Shown here: in pieces, positions 1-14,209 of the stretch
Numbering within the stretch: the stretch's first letter is position 1
How the letters are laid out: the number at the start of each line of letters is the position of its first letter
Assembly: GCA_039545335.1 (NCBI GenBank)
Contig: BCIN01000005.1
Span: 186,001 to 250,000 of the forward strand
DNA length: 64,000 nucleotides
Source: Kondoa subrosea
Taxonomy: Eukaryota
Direction of reading: 5' to 3'
Program-made: the position numbers and the translations under genes
Notes under the pieces: generated by a model
What the model was told of the DNA's origin: nothing
Database searches by the model: none
The model's input: only the letters and a program-made list of their open reading frames with translations

Positions 1-169
1 GCATTACATTTTGACAATGATGGTTCCAGGATGCTGGCAGAACAGGCAACGAAACGTCTTGTCTAGACCAATGCATGAGCGATCAGCTAGGATGTCTCGA
101 CAGGAGCTGACCTAGCGGTGCTGGGCCTTTCTTGCTTTCCACTTTCTTTGCTGATTTGCGTTTGCCCAT
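1..169 (-). CDS. ELF1: Transcription elongation factor Elf1 (5' part; gene runs off the window start)
   Basis: Minus strand ATG at 169 gives MGKRKSAKKVESKKGPAPL; after an intron comes DKTFRCLFCQHPGTIIVKM, the typical Elf1 N-terminus with the first CxxC of the zinc ribbon. Not in the ORF track. Confidence 0.88.
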
Positions 170-1731
170 GATGACGCTATTCAAGCTGCTTAGGCTTGAG
201 AGCTTCTCAATGAATAGATAGGGCTAGTCGAGGGAGGAGGAGAACGTATTATCGCACGCGAGTCACGGTTCGAAGCAAGCGAAATCAGCACATCACAGGC
301 TAAGCGAGAGCATGAAGGCACGAAGCCAATCTCCAAGTTTGGCATTAAGGCTGAAGAATATACAAATCAGCGCTACTGTGCTCTACTTTGTCCTTCCTAA
401 GCCTGCAGCACATCACATCGACTAGTCTCAAGCGAAAGATTGAGACAAGATGTGCGCCCAGAAGGGATGATCTGTTCAACAGCATGGCGTAAGAGGTGGC
501 CCCAAGACAGGCCAGTCAGATGTACGTACTGGTTGCAAGCGACCCCGAATTCTGCTCCATCTTGCAAGCACTTGGTAAAAGTGCGATCTGTTTAAAACGT
601 CTTGCGGAAGCTTAGCGGCCATCATATGCTGTGCGATCACTAAATCATCATCAGATGGATAAATACGACATGTTTAACTTTGCAAACCGCATTCTTCCGC
701 ATAACCAGCGGGCTAGATAGCATTAGATAAGGTCGTTATTGTGAGGCCGCAAACCTCACCGTACTACCGAAGAGAACCAACTGCCCATTTTCTTGAATAT
801 GATCGAACAAACGGGAAGTCAGATCAAGGAAAAAAGTTCCCACTGCTAGAAACTTTGGCTGCATTCGGGGGTCGTTTAGGGCAATAAGATGTTCCAAGAT
901 CAAAGAAAGACCATGCAGCAAATGAAGCTGACTCTTATGCTTCGTCAAGTCAGTATAAATTGCAAGCAGAAGATTTGGGCCATACCAGAGCTAAAAATCC
1001 ACCATTCTGCTCGACCTTGGATTCAACGGTACAAACCCGAGCGCTTAGCCCGGCTGCGACCTAATGATCAGACTCAGAGGTGTTTCTTTCAAGAAGTTCC
1101 GCTATTGTACTCACCGAGAGAAGGTCTACGTGTATGTCAGGTTGGCGACGAGCAAGTATTTCGATAGCCGAGGCAATCTGGACATATTCGGTATCTAGTA
1201 TAGGTCTGCTGTCGTAGTGTAGCTGAAGACCGAGAGGAGCTAGAATAGAGACGCCAATTCGGCCAAGTTATGTCCGGTCCCCTGAAAAAGCCTACCCATG
1301 GAATAATGAATCGCTGTTGTAGGAAATGAGCTTCTTCTCGTCTTGTAGCGGAAAGATAGATAATTTCTTTTACGTGGATATGGTGGATGAGAGCGAAGAT
1401 TAAGCTAGCGAAATGGCAAACAACGCCAGCGAGATGAAAGGGAGATGGAGTATGTCCGAGACAGAATTAAAAGCAGAGAGATGGAGCTGGGAATAACACC
1501 AAAAGAGCATGCCAAAGAGCTGCGAATCAGCCATGCCAGATGTAAAGCTGAGTGGTGGAAGTCAGTTGCCCAGTCATACCGTAAGAGCATATGCACGAAG
1601 GGACAGAAGCATTGGAATACAAGTGATGTACATTGCAGCATTTCGCGCAGGCGAGCGAAGAGATTCCCGAAGCCAATGGACTCAATCTGACTCATTGCGA
1701 GTTCAGGTCGACACGAAACAGTTATTTCGCG

Positions 1732-4700
1732 ATGGATGGACGACTAGAGAGATGGAAGACAAGGCTGGATTCACTCCCAGCGTTGGCACTTCCCACAGAT
1801 TACAGCAGATCAGTCCCAGAGAAGACAGTTGATGGAAGAGTCAACAAAAATTTGGATGAGCGGGTTGCAAGGGCTCTGCTGCGATTGTCGCTGGTGGAAG
1901 AGGAGGGAGAAGATCAGGCAGAGGCTGCACCTAGACCTTCACCATTTCAGCTGCTCTTGTCTGCCTTTGTCGTGCTGCTGCATAGGTATACTTCCGATCA
2001 AGATATAGTTCTAGCAACCTCGAGCCCTACGTCCACTGATCCGCTGTTGTTACGTGTAAAACTGGAACCGCAAGACTCTTTCTGGTCTTTGGTGCGGAAG
2101 ATTCAATTCCTGGAGAAAGAAGCAGAGTCAGATGTCGTTCCCTTCGACGCTCTAAACAGCGCATTGGGAAGAGAAGAAGGTACTGGACCTCTGTTCCGGA
2201 CTCGTTTCTTCGACGAAACAGACAAAACTCATTCTCGCTTCCTCGAGTCAACATCATTATCGACTGACTGGACTGTCTTCGTTTCGCTCGCCGACCCAAT
2301 GGATGCCAATATCTCATCCTCTCACAGCTCTATCTTACCGAAATACAACATTCGTCTGCATTACAATTCCCTTCTCTTCACCCAAGCAAGGATAGAACAA
2401 GTTATCGATCAGCTGAGTCAAGTCATTTCTTTTGCTTCTACGCATCCTTTGCATCCAATAGGCAACATTTCTCTCGTCACTCCAGAACAAAAGAAGGTTT
2501 TGCCTGATCCTCAAGCTGATCTGGAATTCAATGGCTTCCGAGGTGCCATTACCGAGATCTTTTCCAGAAACGCTGCTGCACATCCAGATCGGATATGTAT
2601 CGTCGAATCACTCACTCCTGAACACAATGGTGCTCCAATCACAAATGGAGAAGTTGTACCAAACAGAAAACGCAATTTTACCTACAAGCAGATTGATGAA
2701 GCTTCAAATCTTTTGGCTCACTATCTGGTCAAGTCTGGTGTAGAAAGAGAAGATGTGGTTACTGTCTATAGTACCAGAAACGTTGATCTGGTCGTCACCG
2801 TTATGGGTGTTCTCAAGGCTGGCGCAACCTTCTCCGTTATAGGTAAGTCTACTAATCTTCGGTCTGACGATTACTTACATCAGTATCAGATCCTGCATAT
2901 CCTCCTGCTCGTCAAACAATCTACTTACAGGTCGCTCAGCCTCGTGCGCTGGTTGTTCTAGCAAGAGCAGGCAAACTTTTACCTACCGTCCGACAATATG
3001 TTACCGAACAACTTCAGATCAAAGTTGAGATCCCAGCTCTAGCCATGTCCGATGAAGGTAGTCTATCAAGCGGCGACGCTCAAGATGCTTTTGCACCTCT
3101 CGCTGATCTCGCTTCACAACCAACTGGAATTCCTCTTGGGCCTGATTCCGTTGGCACTTTATCTTTCACTTCTGGTAGTACTGGAATACCGAAAGGTGTT
3201 AGAGGAAGACATTTCAGCTTAACCCACTTCTTCCCTTGGATGAGTCAACGATACGGCATGTCAGAGAAGGAGAAGTTTACCATGTTGAGCGGTATTGCTC
3301 ATGATCCAATCCAGCGTGATAGTAAGGCTGACTTTTGCTGATTAACAATGTATTGATTCGGCAATAGTCTTTACTCCTCTGTTCCTTGGTGCTCAATTAC
3401 ACATTCCTACAGCTGAAGATATTGGTACTCCAGGCAGATTAGCCGAATGGATGGCCGATAGTGAAATCACTGTCACTCACTTGACACCAGCTATGGGCCA
3501 ATTACTTTCCGCTCAAGCAACTCGTCAAATTCCTACTCTTCGCAACGCTTTCTTTGTCGGCGATATCTTAACCAAAAGAGATTGCAATCGTCTGCAACAG
3601 TTAGCTGACAATTGCTGCATCATCAATATGTTTGGTACGACAGAAACTCAACGAGCCGTTTCCTACTTTGCTATTCCTAGTCGTTCTTCCGATCCTGCTT
3701 TCTTGTCCAGTCGTAAAGATATCATGCCAGCTGGTTCAGGAATGATCAATGTTCAACTACTGGTTGTCAATCGCAATGACCCAAATTCAATCTGTGGTGT
3801 TGGCGAGATTGGGGAAATCTATGTCCGATCGGGTGGATTGGCGGAAGGATATTTGCAATTACCTGATGCAACTAAAGAGAAATTTGTCCCCAATTGGTTT
3901 ACTTCATCAGTAAAGTGGGAAGACACGATCAGTACTTCTGGTCAACCTTGGTCAAAGTATTGGCATGGTGTGCGAGACAGGTTGTATCGCACAGGAGATC
4001 TCGGACGTTATGGACCCGACGGAAATGTAGAATGCACTGGACGAGCCGATGACCAGATCAAGATCCGTGGTTTCCGTATTGAATTGGGTGAAATCGATAC
4101 TCATCTTTCAAGACATCCTTTAGTACGAGAGAACGTTACTCTGGTCAGAAGAGATAAAGATGAAGAGAAAGTCTTGGTCAGCTATTTTGTGCCGTTGCAA
4201 GGCAAAGAAGCGAACGAATTGATCAGCGCGGAAGAAAGCGATTCGGTAGAAGAACCGATTTTGAAAGGCGTTCGCAAACATCAACGCCTGATCAAAGTAC
4301 TAAGAGACTACCTGCGCACTAAGCTACCTAGCTATAGTGTTCCGACATGTGAGTCTGATCTTTGCAATCCCTCCCTTGACTAATTTGGATTGGTAGTGTT
4401 TGTACCGCTGGCCCGAATGCCACTCAACCCTAATGGCAAGGTTGATAAACCAGCTCTGCCTTTCCCAGATACCGCTACGGCTCCCACAGCTGCCAAACCT
4501 AAAACTCTCAGTCATCTGACACCAACAGAACGCAAGCTACATGACATTTGGTCTCGACTACTTCCAGCTGCGCCTTCAGAAATTCCTCTGGACCAAAGCT
4601 TCTTTGATCTTGGTGGACATTCTATTCTTGCAACTCGCCTGATTTTCGAAATCAGGAATGGTTTAGGCATACCTGCTCCTCTGGGTGCCGTCTTCGACTT

Positions 4701-6171
4701 TCCTACTCTGAGACAGCTTTCTGCAGAATTAGCTCGAATCAACAGCGATGACTTCGGCCTTGTCAACTCAGCTTCAACATCCGCTAATACTGCTGAATTG
4801 CCAAAGACCGGTCGGGCCAAATCCATTTATGCTGACGATCTGGAGCAGCTGAAACTGAAGCTGCCGAAAACCTATGCGCCTGTAGCGTATACAGAACAAA
4901 GCAAAACCGTTTTCCTCACTGGCGCAACTGGTTTCTTAGGCGCTTTCATACTTCGAGATTTGTTGCAGCGAACCTCTTCCGTGGCTAAAGTCATTTGTCT
5001 AGTCCGCGCTAAGTCAGACGAGGAAGCGCTGGCGCGCTTGGAAGATGCATCTTCTGGTCGCGGAGCATGGGACAAGAACTGGTCAAGCGAAGGCAGGCTA
5101 CAAGTTCTGGCTGGAGACTTAGATACCGAACACTTTGGGCTCAATGATCAGCAATGGTCAAATCTGTGTGATGAAGTCGACATGGTAGTTCATAACGGTG
5201 CTCTAGTAAGTTATCTTACAAATAATCGGAATGGAATTGACATAAGTTGATAGGTACACTGGGTCTATCCTTACTCCAAATTACGACCGGCCAATGTGGT
5301 CGGGACTATGACTGCTCTCGACATGGTTGCTCAAGGTCGACCTAAAACATTCACCTTCGTTTCATCAACTGCTGTATTCGAAGCACCTGCACATTACGTC
5401 ACTCTGTCCGATACCCTCGTCTCACAAGGAGGAAGGGGCATACTGGAAACGGACGACCTTGAAGGGTCACGCTTCCATCTTTCAAGCGGTTATGCTCAAA
5501 CAAAATGGGTCTGCGAGAAGCTACTGTTCGAAGCTGGGAAACGAGGCTTACGAGGTGGTATCATTCGACCTTCATACGTTGTTGGAGACACGCAATCAGC
5601 TGTCACTAATACTGATGACTTCCTATGGCGTCTCGTCAAGGGTTGCATTCAGCTGGGCCATTGTCCAGATATCTATAACAAATTCAACATGGTTCCCGTC
5701 GACCATATCGCGACTATCATCAAATTGGCAACGACTAATTCACCAAGCGATTCTCTACCTGTTTACAATGTAACAGCTCGACCCACAATTCGCTTCAACG
5801 ACTTCCTTGCAGCTTTACCCAAATATGGATATCCTGTAGAAAAGATCGAGTACCTCGTCTGGCGCCGGAAGCTCGAACAGCATGTTCTAAAAAGTCAAGA
5901 CAATGCTCTGTTCCCTCTTCTGCATTATGTGCTTGAAGATTTGCCAACAAGTACCAAAGGTCCTGAATTGGACGACACAAATACTGCGGCTCTTCTTCGA
6001 GCAGGACAGCAGTCGGATGCAACGACTGTCGATTCGCAACTTCTAGGTCGATATCTAGCTTGGCTTGTCGCGACTGGATTTTTGGACGCTCCGCCTCAAA
6101 CAGAAGGAGCAGAAGCTCTACCTAGCATAGACTTGTCAGGGACGAGGCATATAGGTCGAAGCGGAAGATGA
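1732..6171 (+). CDS. LYS2: L-2-aminoadipate reductase (A-T-R NRPS-like enzyme of fungal lysine biosynthesis)
   Basis: Spliced ORFs 1633-2961, 3045-3341, 3451-4383, 4390-5250 and 5296-6171. Adenylation motifs [20 protein letters not shown] and [20 protein letters not shown]; phosphopantetheine site FFDLGGHS; reductase motifs TGATGFLG and GYAQTKW. Confidence 0.97.
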
Positions 6172-7909
6172 GTTCTAAATGTGAACGTAATAATTCCAAA
6201 TGTACAATAGATCAACGGCTTAATAGAACTTCAAAGCATCAGAATTGTAGACCATCCCGTGAATCACCGATTTTCGTGGACAAACACAGGTCCTCGAAGT
6301 AACCATACTACCGCAGAAGCATTCACAGACCAATAGCATGTACACCCAGCAATATCCTTCGTTCCGCTACATCCCACAGCAAGTCAACATCCCTCTCTAA
6401 GCTGCAACAGGTCACCGAAGTGAAAGTGCGCTCAGCAGAAGACAGTCCTCGATCCCAGAACCGCAAAGTAAGCAAGTTCTTTCCCTCATCTCGTTTTCAG
6501 CTTCCTTGACTCTTTGAAGACAATGAAATGAATTTTTATTCGACATCTCTCAGGCCCTTCAAGTACCCAGATCAAACAACTCATCGGATTTCAAACTCGT
6601 GTCACATAGGGCAACAATGAAGTAAGGATATAATGTAGCGCTTAATCGAAGAACGAGTACGTAACTCTATGCAAACGGGCGAACAGAACAGGGGACCAAC
6701 TCCTTGAATTTACTACTCCAGTAAGGAAGCAGTAAACTAAGAGCTGGTTTCCTGTTCTATTAGGCCAAACTTCCCTGAGGCAGTGCATGCTTCTTTCAGA
6801 CGCAGAATCCTTTTTTCAGTCTCGAGAAAGATTTCGAATCTTGAGTGTTACGAGACCGACTTGGGGAAAGATGAAGAACAACTTTTTCGCAATCAATCAT
6901 TGGGGTCTTAGAGAAAGCTTTCGATTTCGACAAAGAAGACCAGACAGCTTGTATGGAAACGGTTTGGGAGATAACAGTAGAGTTCTCAACTCTGACTGCC
7001 TTCGAGAGATAAGAGACGAGTTGTGTGAGATGATGCTTGCGAAAGAAGGATTGCCTTGCTGACTGTCCAAGTATGATAGTGATGAATTCTGAGTATGGTG
7101 TGTTTGCTCGAGAAATAAACCGGGTTTTGAGGGAATTCAAGTCATTCGTCATGCGCTTCGAAAGAAGAGAAAGACTTGATAGGAAGACCGTGACGCGTCC
7201 GATGTTGTGGCTCCTCAGCGGTATCCTGTATGTGGATCCGACTCCAAGCAGAGTGACTTTGGGCTTCTCAGCTTAAAGAAGAAAGTGACTGCAAAGTCTT
7301 AGTTGAGAAAACCCGCTTTTACTTGCCATCATCAATCAAGAGAGGCTTCTGCTGTGCGTGTGAACGACAAAGCAACGACTAGAATAGCAAGCCTAAAAGA
7401 GCCGGGCATCACTGTTTCCATCTTTGTATCATCCGAGATTGAGCTTTGACAACTCTGTGTGGCAGGGATGAACAGAGAGTAGTCCAGCGAATGTATGGGG
7501 GACTCTTGGGATGAATTGGCTTTCGCAACGGGGCAAGAGCACCAAGAGTCCAGGAAGAGTAAAGACGGCTAACCAAGTCTCGATAACGCGTCCGAGCTGA
7601 ATCAAAGAACAGATCCGACAGAGACGCGGAAGAGACATAAGCAATCCGCTCCAAACATTACTCTTCCTCTTGTTGATCATGAAGAGTTAGCGAGAGTTAT
7701 GACACGCCTTGTGCGAACACAAAGCGTAACACCGCCTAAGACTTTGTGAGAAGCAGTCTGTCTGTAACGCAATCTCTGCTTCACGAGCGCAGACGAAAGG
7801 AGACGGAACCGAAGGAGCACAAACAGCAGACGGTGGCCGAAGGGCGAGCGAGATGAATATTCATGAGGTTGGTTTTGACAACGATCTCATATATCTTGGC
7901 TTCTTTGCG

Positions 7910-10838
7910 ATGGCTGCCATACAGGCAGATGTGCGCATCTCTGCTGATGGCACCAAGTCAGGAGATTTGGGCGACGACATGGAAATCATGATGTTGGGAG
8001 CAGGTGTAAATTTCATTCTTCCTTGCTGCTCGTAGGCCAGACTAGCTGATACTGCTTTGTTTCAGCAAGAGGTAGGCCGCTCATGTTGCGTCATCAAATA
8101 CAAAGGAGCAACAGTGGTTTGCGATGCTGGCACGCATCCTGCTTTTCAAGGGCTGCCTGCTTTACCGTGCGTGATCTAAAAGGTAGTAAGAGCGCTTTGT
8201 ATTCAGTCTTTCTTGTGTTTGCAATGTCAGATATGTCGACGAGCTGGACTGGTCCACTGTTGATGCAATTCTCGTTACTCAGTCCGTCTTTACCCTGTCA
8301 GCGCAAAGCGACTCTTGTTCATTCTTTCTGTCTGCTTCTTTTTATCCTTAGCTTTCACGTGGATCATGCGGCTTCTCTGCCGTACATCATGGAGAAGGTA
8401 AGTGAGAAATTAGCAAACTGGGTATTGGCTTAGGATTGAAAACAGACCAATTTTCGAGACGGAGGTGGATATGTATACATGACTCAGCCGACGAAGGACG
8501 TGTACTCTTTCCTAATAAGAGTGAGGCCTACCTCTTATGCTTTAGATCGATCTAATCCTCGTGTATAGGATTTTGTCCGCATCAGGTTTATCTCTTCCAG
8601 GCAGAGACTTTGACTATAGCTGATGCGGCTCGCTACAGTATTACTTCCTCTACTGCACCTTCGACGACCAAACTTTACGATGAAGCAGATCTAGACGAAT
8701 CTTTCAAATCAATACGAGGTGTTTCTTTCTACGAAGAAGTACTTATTCCACCTCGTTCCACACCTCTCGATACTACAATCGCTTCAACTTCCTCTCCTAT
8801 CAAATTCACTTCCTATCCAGCTGGACACGTTTTAGGCGCAGCCATGTTCTTGATCGAAATCGCTGGCGCCCGAATCCTTTATACTGGTGATTACTCAACA
8901 GAAGAAGATCGACATCTGATTCCAGCTTCAGTACCAAATTGGGGTCAAGCTCCAGATGTTATGATTTGTGAAAGTACTTTTGGTGTACAAACTTTAGAAC
9001 CTCGACCAGATAAAGAAGCTCGTTTCACTACTTTAGTCCGAAATATATTGAAAAGAGGAGGGAAAGTTTTGATGCCTGTTTTTGCATTAGGAAGAGCGCA
9101 AGAATTACTTTTGATCCTGGATGAGTTTTGGGATGAGAATCCTGATTTACATCAATTTCCGATTTACTACGTTTCTGCTATGGCTGCCAAATGCATGAAG
9201 GTCTACAAAACTCATACTTCTTCACTCAATGCAAACATTCAACAACAAGCTGCTAATGGGGATCATCCTTTTGATTTTGGTCGAGGAAGGCATGTAAGGG
9301 AATTGAAGGATGTTGGGAAAAGATTCGATGATTCAAAACCTTGCGTCGTTTTGGCTGTTCCTGGGATGCTGCAAAACGGTGTGAGTAGGCAGTTGCTAGA
9401 AAGATGGGCACCGGATTCGAGAAATGGATTAGTCTTGTGCGGTTATTCCGTCGAAGGTACTATGGCTAGAGTGAGTTAAAAACTATCCTTTGGCTCATTG
9501 CATGCTTAAAGCGAGACTTAGATCATGCAACAACAAGAACCGGAAGAATTCCAAAGTATGGAAGGCAAAAAGATCCATCGACGAATGAGTGTAGACTACA
9601 TTTCTTTCGCTGCACATGTGGATTATACGCAAAATTCTCGCTTCATCAATGAAGTCAATCCTCAACATCTTATACTGTGCCATGGCGAATACAATAATGT
9701 TGCCAGACTGAAAGCGGCACTGAAGAAATCTTACGCTGATCGAAAACAAGATGTTCAGATCTATTCACCTGCGAATACTGAAAATGTTAAGATCAAGTTG
9801 GCAAGAATACGAATAGCACGAGTGAGGACTCTCCCCTCTGTTTGAAGATCGTTACTGAGTACAAATTACCAGGCCGTTGGCAAATTAGCTACAGCAGATC
9901 TTTCAGAAGGCGCTCCATTATCTGGTCTGCTAGTAGCGAAAGACGCAAACTATACTCTTTTGGCCGCATCCGATCTTGAAGAATACACTGGTCTCTCTAC
10001 AAGTTTCATTCGACAGACCCAAAGAATGCGAGTCAATGTCGGCTGGGACGTGATCAAGTGGCACCTGGAGTCAATGTATGGCAAGCTGCGATCAGGGAAA
10101 GATGATCAAGGGACTTCTACATTGCGAATAATGAATGCTGTGGATGTCAAACAACCGGAACAACGATTGATCGTTCTGGAATGGATTGGAGGATCGACGA
10201 GCGATATGATAGCTGATTCCGTATTGGCTTTGATCTTGGGTATTGATCGAAGTCCAGCAACAGTCAAATGTAAGTTTCCCCTTCTCTTTACTGCAAGGCC
10301 AGCAAGATGACTTTTTGACCACAGTGACTGCCAAGCCTCATTCGCATTCTCATTCACATACAGTAGACGACAAGAAGAATTCAGCAATTACCAAACTCGA
10401 GACGGAGCATTTAGCAGAAACTTCCATCGAGCGATTGGATCTACTCATCGCTTTCCTACATCAATACTTTGGCAATGTTGAATTGCTCTCAGCCGACGAA
10501 ATGACACTCATCAAAGCGAAAGAAGAGCCACCTGAGATGGAAGATGGAGAAGCAAAGCCTGATGTAGCAGAAAAACCAGAACAAGGAGTAGCTAGTATCA
10601 GAGTTCTGATGGATGACAAAGTGGCTTACGTCCCTCTCGATACTATGGTAAGTCGCTTTAGCTTTGTCGAGACAGTTGGATGCTCACGCAGTGGGTTTAG
10701 ATCGTTTCCTGTACCAACGAGGGTTTCAGACAACGGTTGGAAAGCATTGTTTCTCAAGCTGTGGAAGCAGCGACACCTTTGTACGCTTTAGCTCCGGAAG
10801 TCGTGGCAGACGAGTACAAGAAGGAAGCCAATCTGTAA
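7910..10838 (+). CDS. YSH1: Cleavage and polyadenylation endonuclease CPSF73/Ysh1 (metallo-beta-lactamase/beta-CASP)
   Basis: Spliced LGAG|QEVGRSC, THFHVDH, AGHVLGAAMF, YTGDYS, PVFALGRAQELLLILDEFW and SFAAHVDY, plus a CPSF73 C-terminal domain. The last exon ends KEANL-stop at 10838. Confidence 0.96.
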
Positions 10839-11080
10839 ATGTAATGCAGGCCTGTTCATAGCTCGACTAAATGTACCGCTTCCTTGAGTGTGCAATGTGA
10901 TTGACGTGAAATCTCGTATTCATACTTAAGGTTTCGCTATGAATGATATCACATTAATGTAGGTATCGATGCCACACGTCACTTTGAAATTGTCAGGGAA
11001 CCAGTGCAATCATTCTCCGGTGCTCGTTCCCAAAGGTTGGGACACCTTTTTGCCTGACTACGCCTCACTACAAGCTTGCT

Positions 11081-11997
11081 TTAGTAATACTGATGATCAG
11101 ACAGAATAGGTACGTACATCCAAAGCCTTATCACAAATACAACGCTACCTTGGATTCTGAGCCTTTCCGGACCCTGGATTCGCTCAATATTAGTGCCAAC
11201 AGCAATGCGGACCGAATGACAACCTACCAGGCGATCTTTGGTAGCAGCAGAGATCGGATATACTCTTGTCGACATCTTAACCTTCGAGGCCGGACAAGGT
11301 AGATTTGACGTGATAGACATCGCCAGAGACATTGCCAAAGTTGCGTCGTGTGAGTCAATGACAAGACGTATCCGTGAACTACGGGAGAGAGTTCATTGTT
11401 TTCTGACCTGGAGAAAGAGATGACATGCCATACCCAAGTTTTGTGAGCTTGGTCAAGCAGAAATCAAAGGCATCCGGCATGGAAACCTGTTGCGTTACAA
11501 GCACTGGGACGTCTTCTCTGCCTTTGACGGGTCCGGCTGCCTGCTGCTTGATAGGCGGAGGATCCTTTCTGACACGCTTACTCTTCTGTTCAGGTTCTTT
11601 GCGGCTGTCGATTAGATCATACAGCCGATTAATTTTGGCGGCGGCGATGATGCTTTTAGGCCCGTCTCGCTCTGTTGCACAAACAATGCATAATATGAGC
11701 AAAGCTGACTAATTAGAAATCTTTTGGATGAGCCGATGACCTACCCTTGAAGAGTGAGTCCCTTTCTTTCCTAAGCTTCGTACCACTGAGAGTGCTCCAG
11801 TCTGGATGCGCTTTCTCCCAGTCCGCCAATGCAGCTTTATCGACATCACTCAGCTCGGCAAGGCTCTTTTCCACGATCCATTTCGCTCGGCTGACTCCTG
11901 GTGGCTTTGCTGATTCATTATGCTGCGTCGCGTTCTGAATCTCTGACTGCCCCTCCGATGCTATTTCGCTGTGCTTCCGCTTTTTGCTTTTGGACAT
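11081..11997 (-). CDS. Hypothetical protein (basic NLS-like N-terminus); 3' exons uncertain
   Basis: ORF 11713-11997 (MSKSKKRKHSE...) is probably spliced to 11379-11702 and 11081-11338. No recognisable domain. Confidence 0.35.
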
Positions 11998-12411
11998 GCT
12001 TGTTTGCGAAAAGCATTGTCTCTATTTGCTGGGCTTGCTTTCAAGGCCTCTTTCGCCTGCGTTAGACTGATCTTTGCCCACCATCTGCAACCCGCTGCAA
12101 TTTGAGTGGGACTTGAAGCGACTCATATCCAGATTTCCAGCGTTAGCTGGCGAGTAGGTCGACGACCATTATTCATTGGCTCACATGGCCATCTGCATCT
12201 GGGGTAAAGTGTGATACACTTACAGACGAGTCATTCCAACCACCTGTCTTTTCTTGCGTCCGGAGTCGATGTGTCCTTCTCAACTTACTGTAACATCTTC
12301 TAATCTTTTGCGCTATCCTGGACGGTGTTTGGACTCCGTATTTACTTTCTTTTCGCTTTGAGATAACTTGCCTGTCCATATTCTGCTCTGCTGTTCTGCC
12401 AAATTAACAAC

Positions 12412-13047
12412 ATGAAGGCATTTGCGATTTTTCTGCTCTGTGCACTTTACATTACGTCTACCTTCGCAGCAGTCAAGATTTGGTCGTGGGACAATACGGA
12501 CTGTAGTGGTACTGACTATTTCTATTGGGCAGATCTGAGGGAGTGCGTGTCTTCCCAAGAAAGACATTTGCGAAATTGATGTCGTATGAATATTAGTGAT
12601 GTTGCTGGTCAAGAGGGGATGTATACACCTGAGAAGAAGGCTGGCTGCTATAAGATTACGATGGACCAGAGTAAGTGTTCTTTTTCTCTTTACTCTGACC
12701 TGAATGTTGCTCTCTTTCACGTCTGTCCGGCTAAACTTGCTGACTCTCAATGTGTGAACAGAAGAAGGACTACCAGGAGGTTGGACATATCCCACAGACA
12801 CCTCTGCTTCGTGCGATGGCAAATTACTCAAGATAGGGCAACCAATCCCAGCAGATGGGTTGGTTGTGTATAGCAAAGGAATCGATGGTTTTGAAGGGTA
12901 AGTGATCATTTCTTAGATAGATATCGGACTCAATGAGATGGTATTAGGTCATGTGGATTTGAGTTCATCTCTATTATGGCCGAAATGAAACTTCGAGCTG
13001 AGCACTATCATTGGCCAAAATGTGAGAGAAGGGGCTTTGATAAGTAA
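12412..13047 (+). CDS. Small secreted cysteine-containing protein (~146 aa, 4 exons)
   Basis: Manual splice with three GT-AG introns gives an open frame: MKAFAIFLLCALYITSTFA (signal-peptide-like) then AVKIWSWDNTDCSG...GCYK...SCDG...SCGF...KCERRGFDK-stop. Confidence 0.75.
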
Positions 13048-13141
13048 TCAGGATATGTCTCTGTATATTACGCAACAGATGCAATTTTGAATAATACATT
13101 GGGAATATACGACAATGACAACTCCTGCTGGCGGTTCTCAT

Positions 13142-14209
13142 TCAGTTGAACCTATTCATTTGATCAGCTGTTGTCCAACCGAATAAAATTTTGAGCGCTA
13201 CATACCCATACTTCGCGCCACCAGCTTTCTTATTAGCTTTGGCCATAGCAATTCTTTCCTCCAATTCCTCTCTTCTTTCCATCGCATCCGACAAAAGACT
13301 AGTCAATTGATTCTTTCCTCTAGCTCTACCAGCCATCTGTTTGAACTGCGCTCTCTTCCTCTGCATCTCTTCATTCGTTTCTTCAGGAACATAAGCCATC
13401 TTTTTAGGGATTTTCGGTCCATCTTTATCCGTATTCATTCCAGAGGCAGTAGCAATATTAGCCATATCATATTCCCCAAACCCTTTTGGTGCTTCTTCTT
13501 CCTGCTCTTGATTTTCAACAGCAGCAGGCGCATACCCGTTCTCTTCTGCCCATATTACCCAATCTTCTGGATTATTAGGTGCCCAAGTCCCATTCGGTAA
13601 ACAATGGAAACCAGGGTAAGGATCATTAGGTGTTGCTTGTGGTAAAGTAGCGTAGTAGTTGACTTTGGGGGCTTCTTTAACTGAAGGGGCGGATTGGAAA
13701 GAAGTTGATGCGGATGTTGATGCTTTGGAAGAAGTAGATGGTGCTGATGATAGAGAAGAGAGACCAAAGAGATCTAGAGCGTCTTCTTGCTGCTGAGCGG
13801 GTGCGGATTGCTTGGCTGTTTGAGCTGCTCGTCTTTGTACAGTAGGTGGTAAGAGTAGATCAGAAGAAGAAGAAGAAACAGCAGCAGCAGTAGGTACAGA
13901 TGCAGTCGACGTGGATGCAGAAGGTGCAGGAAGAGCAGAGTTACCCGAGGATTTCTTAGGCGGAGGCAGAAGACTAGCCAAGCCGCTTTTCCCCTTGAGC
14001 ATATCAAACTTTGGTCTCTTCTTGACAGGCTCCTCTGCTTCCAAGGCAGCTCCAGCGCTGCTCACTGAAGGCAAGTCCAGAACCAATTTGACAGGACCTC
14101 GCTCTTTCCTCTTCGACGATTTTGTTACAGCTGGCGCTTTTACTGGAGTTTGCTGTACTGCTGCTGGCTGCTCCTCATCCGAATCAGATCCATAAGCCAA
14201 GTTCAGCAT
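13142..14209 (-). CDS. PRCC-family proline-rich protein (mitotic checkpoint/MAD2B-interacting domain)
   Basis: Starts MLNLAYGSDSDEE; Pro/Ser-rich middle; C-terminal KNQLTSLLSDAMERREELEERIAMAKANKKAGGAKYG|FN matches the PRCC C-terminal pattern. Confidence 0.8.
   Translation of the reverse strand: MLNLAYGSDSDEEQPAAVQQTPVKAPAVTKSSKRKERGPVKLVLDLPSVSSAGAALEAEEPVKKRPKFDMLKGKSGLASLLPPPKKSSGNSALPAPSASTSTASVPTAAAVSSSSSDLLLPPTVQRRAAQTAKQSAPAQQQEDALDLFGLSSLSSAPSTSSKASTSASTSFQSAPSVKEAPKVNYYATLPQATPNDPYPGFHCLPNGTWAPNNPEDWVIWAEENGYAPAAVENQEQEEEAPKGFGEYDMANIATASGMNTDKDGPKIPKKMAYVPEETNEEMQRKRAQFKQMAGRARGKNQLTSLLSDAMERREELEERIAMAKANKKAGGAKYGYVALKILFGWTTADQMNRFN

Noticed and set aside
450..1690. Possible gene between ELF1 and LYS2
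   Set aside because: Only short ORFs broken by stops, with no consistent splice model or recognisable motif.
1732..6171. NRPS-like gene as a secondary-metabolite cluster
   Set aside because: Motifs match primary-metabolism Lys2, and the neighbours are housekeeping genes.
6240..7700. Minus-strand ORF fragments (vague CENP-L or F-box resemblance)
   Set aside because: Fragments are in different frames and the resemblance rests on a few residues; no supportable model.
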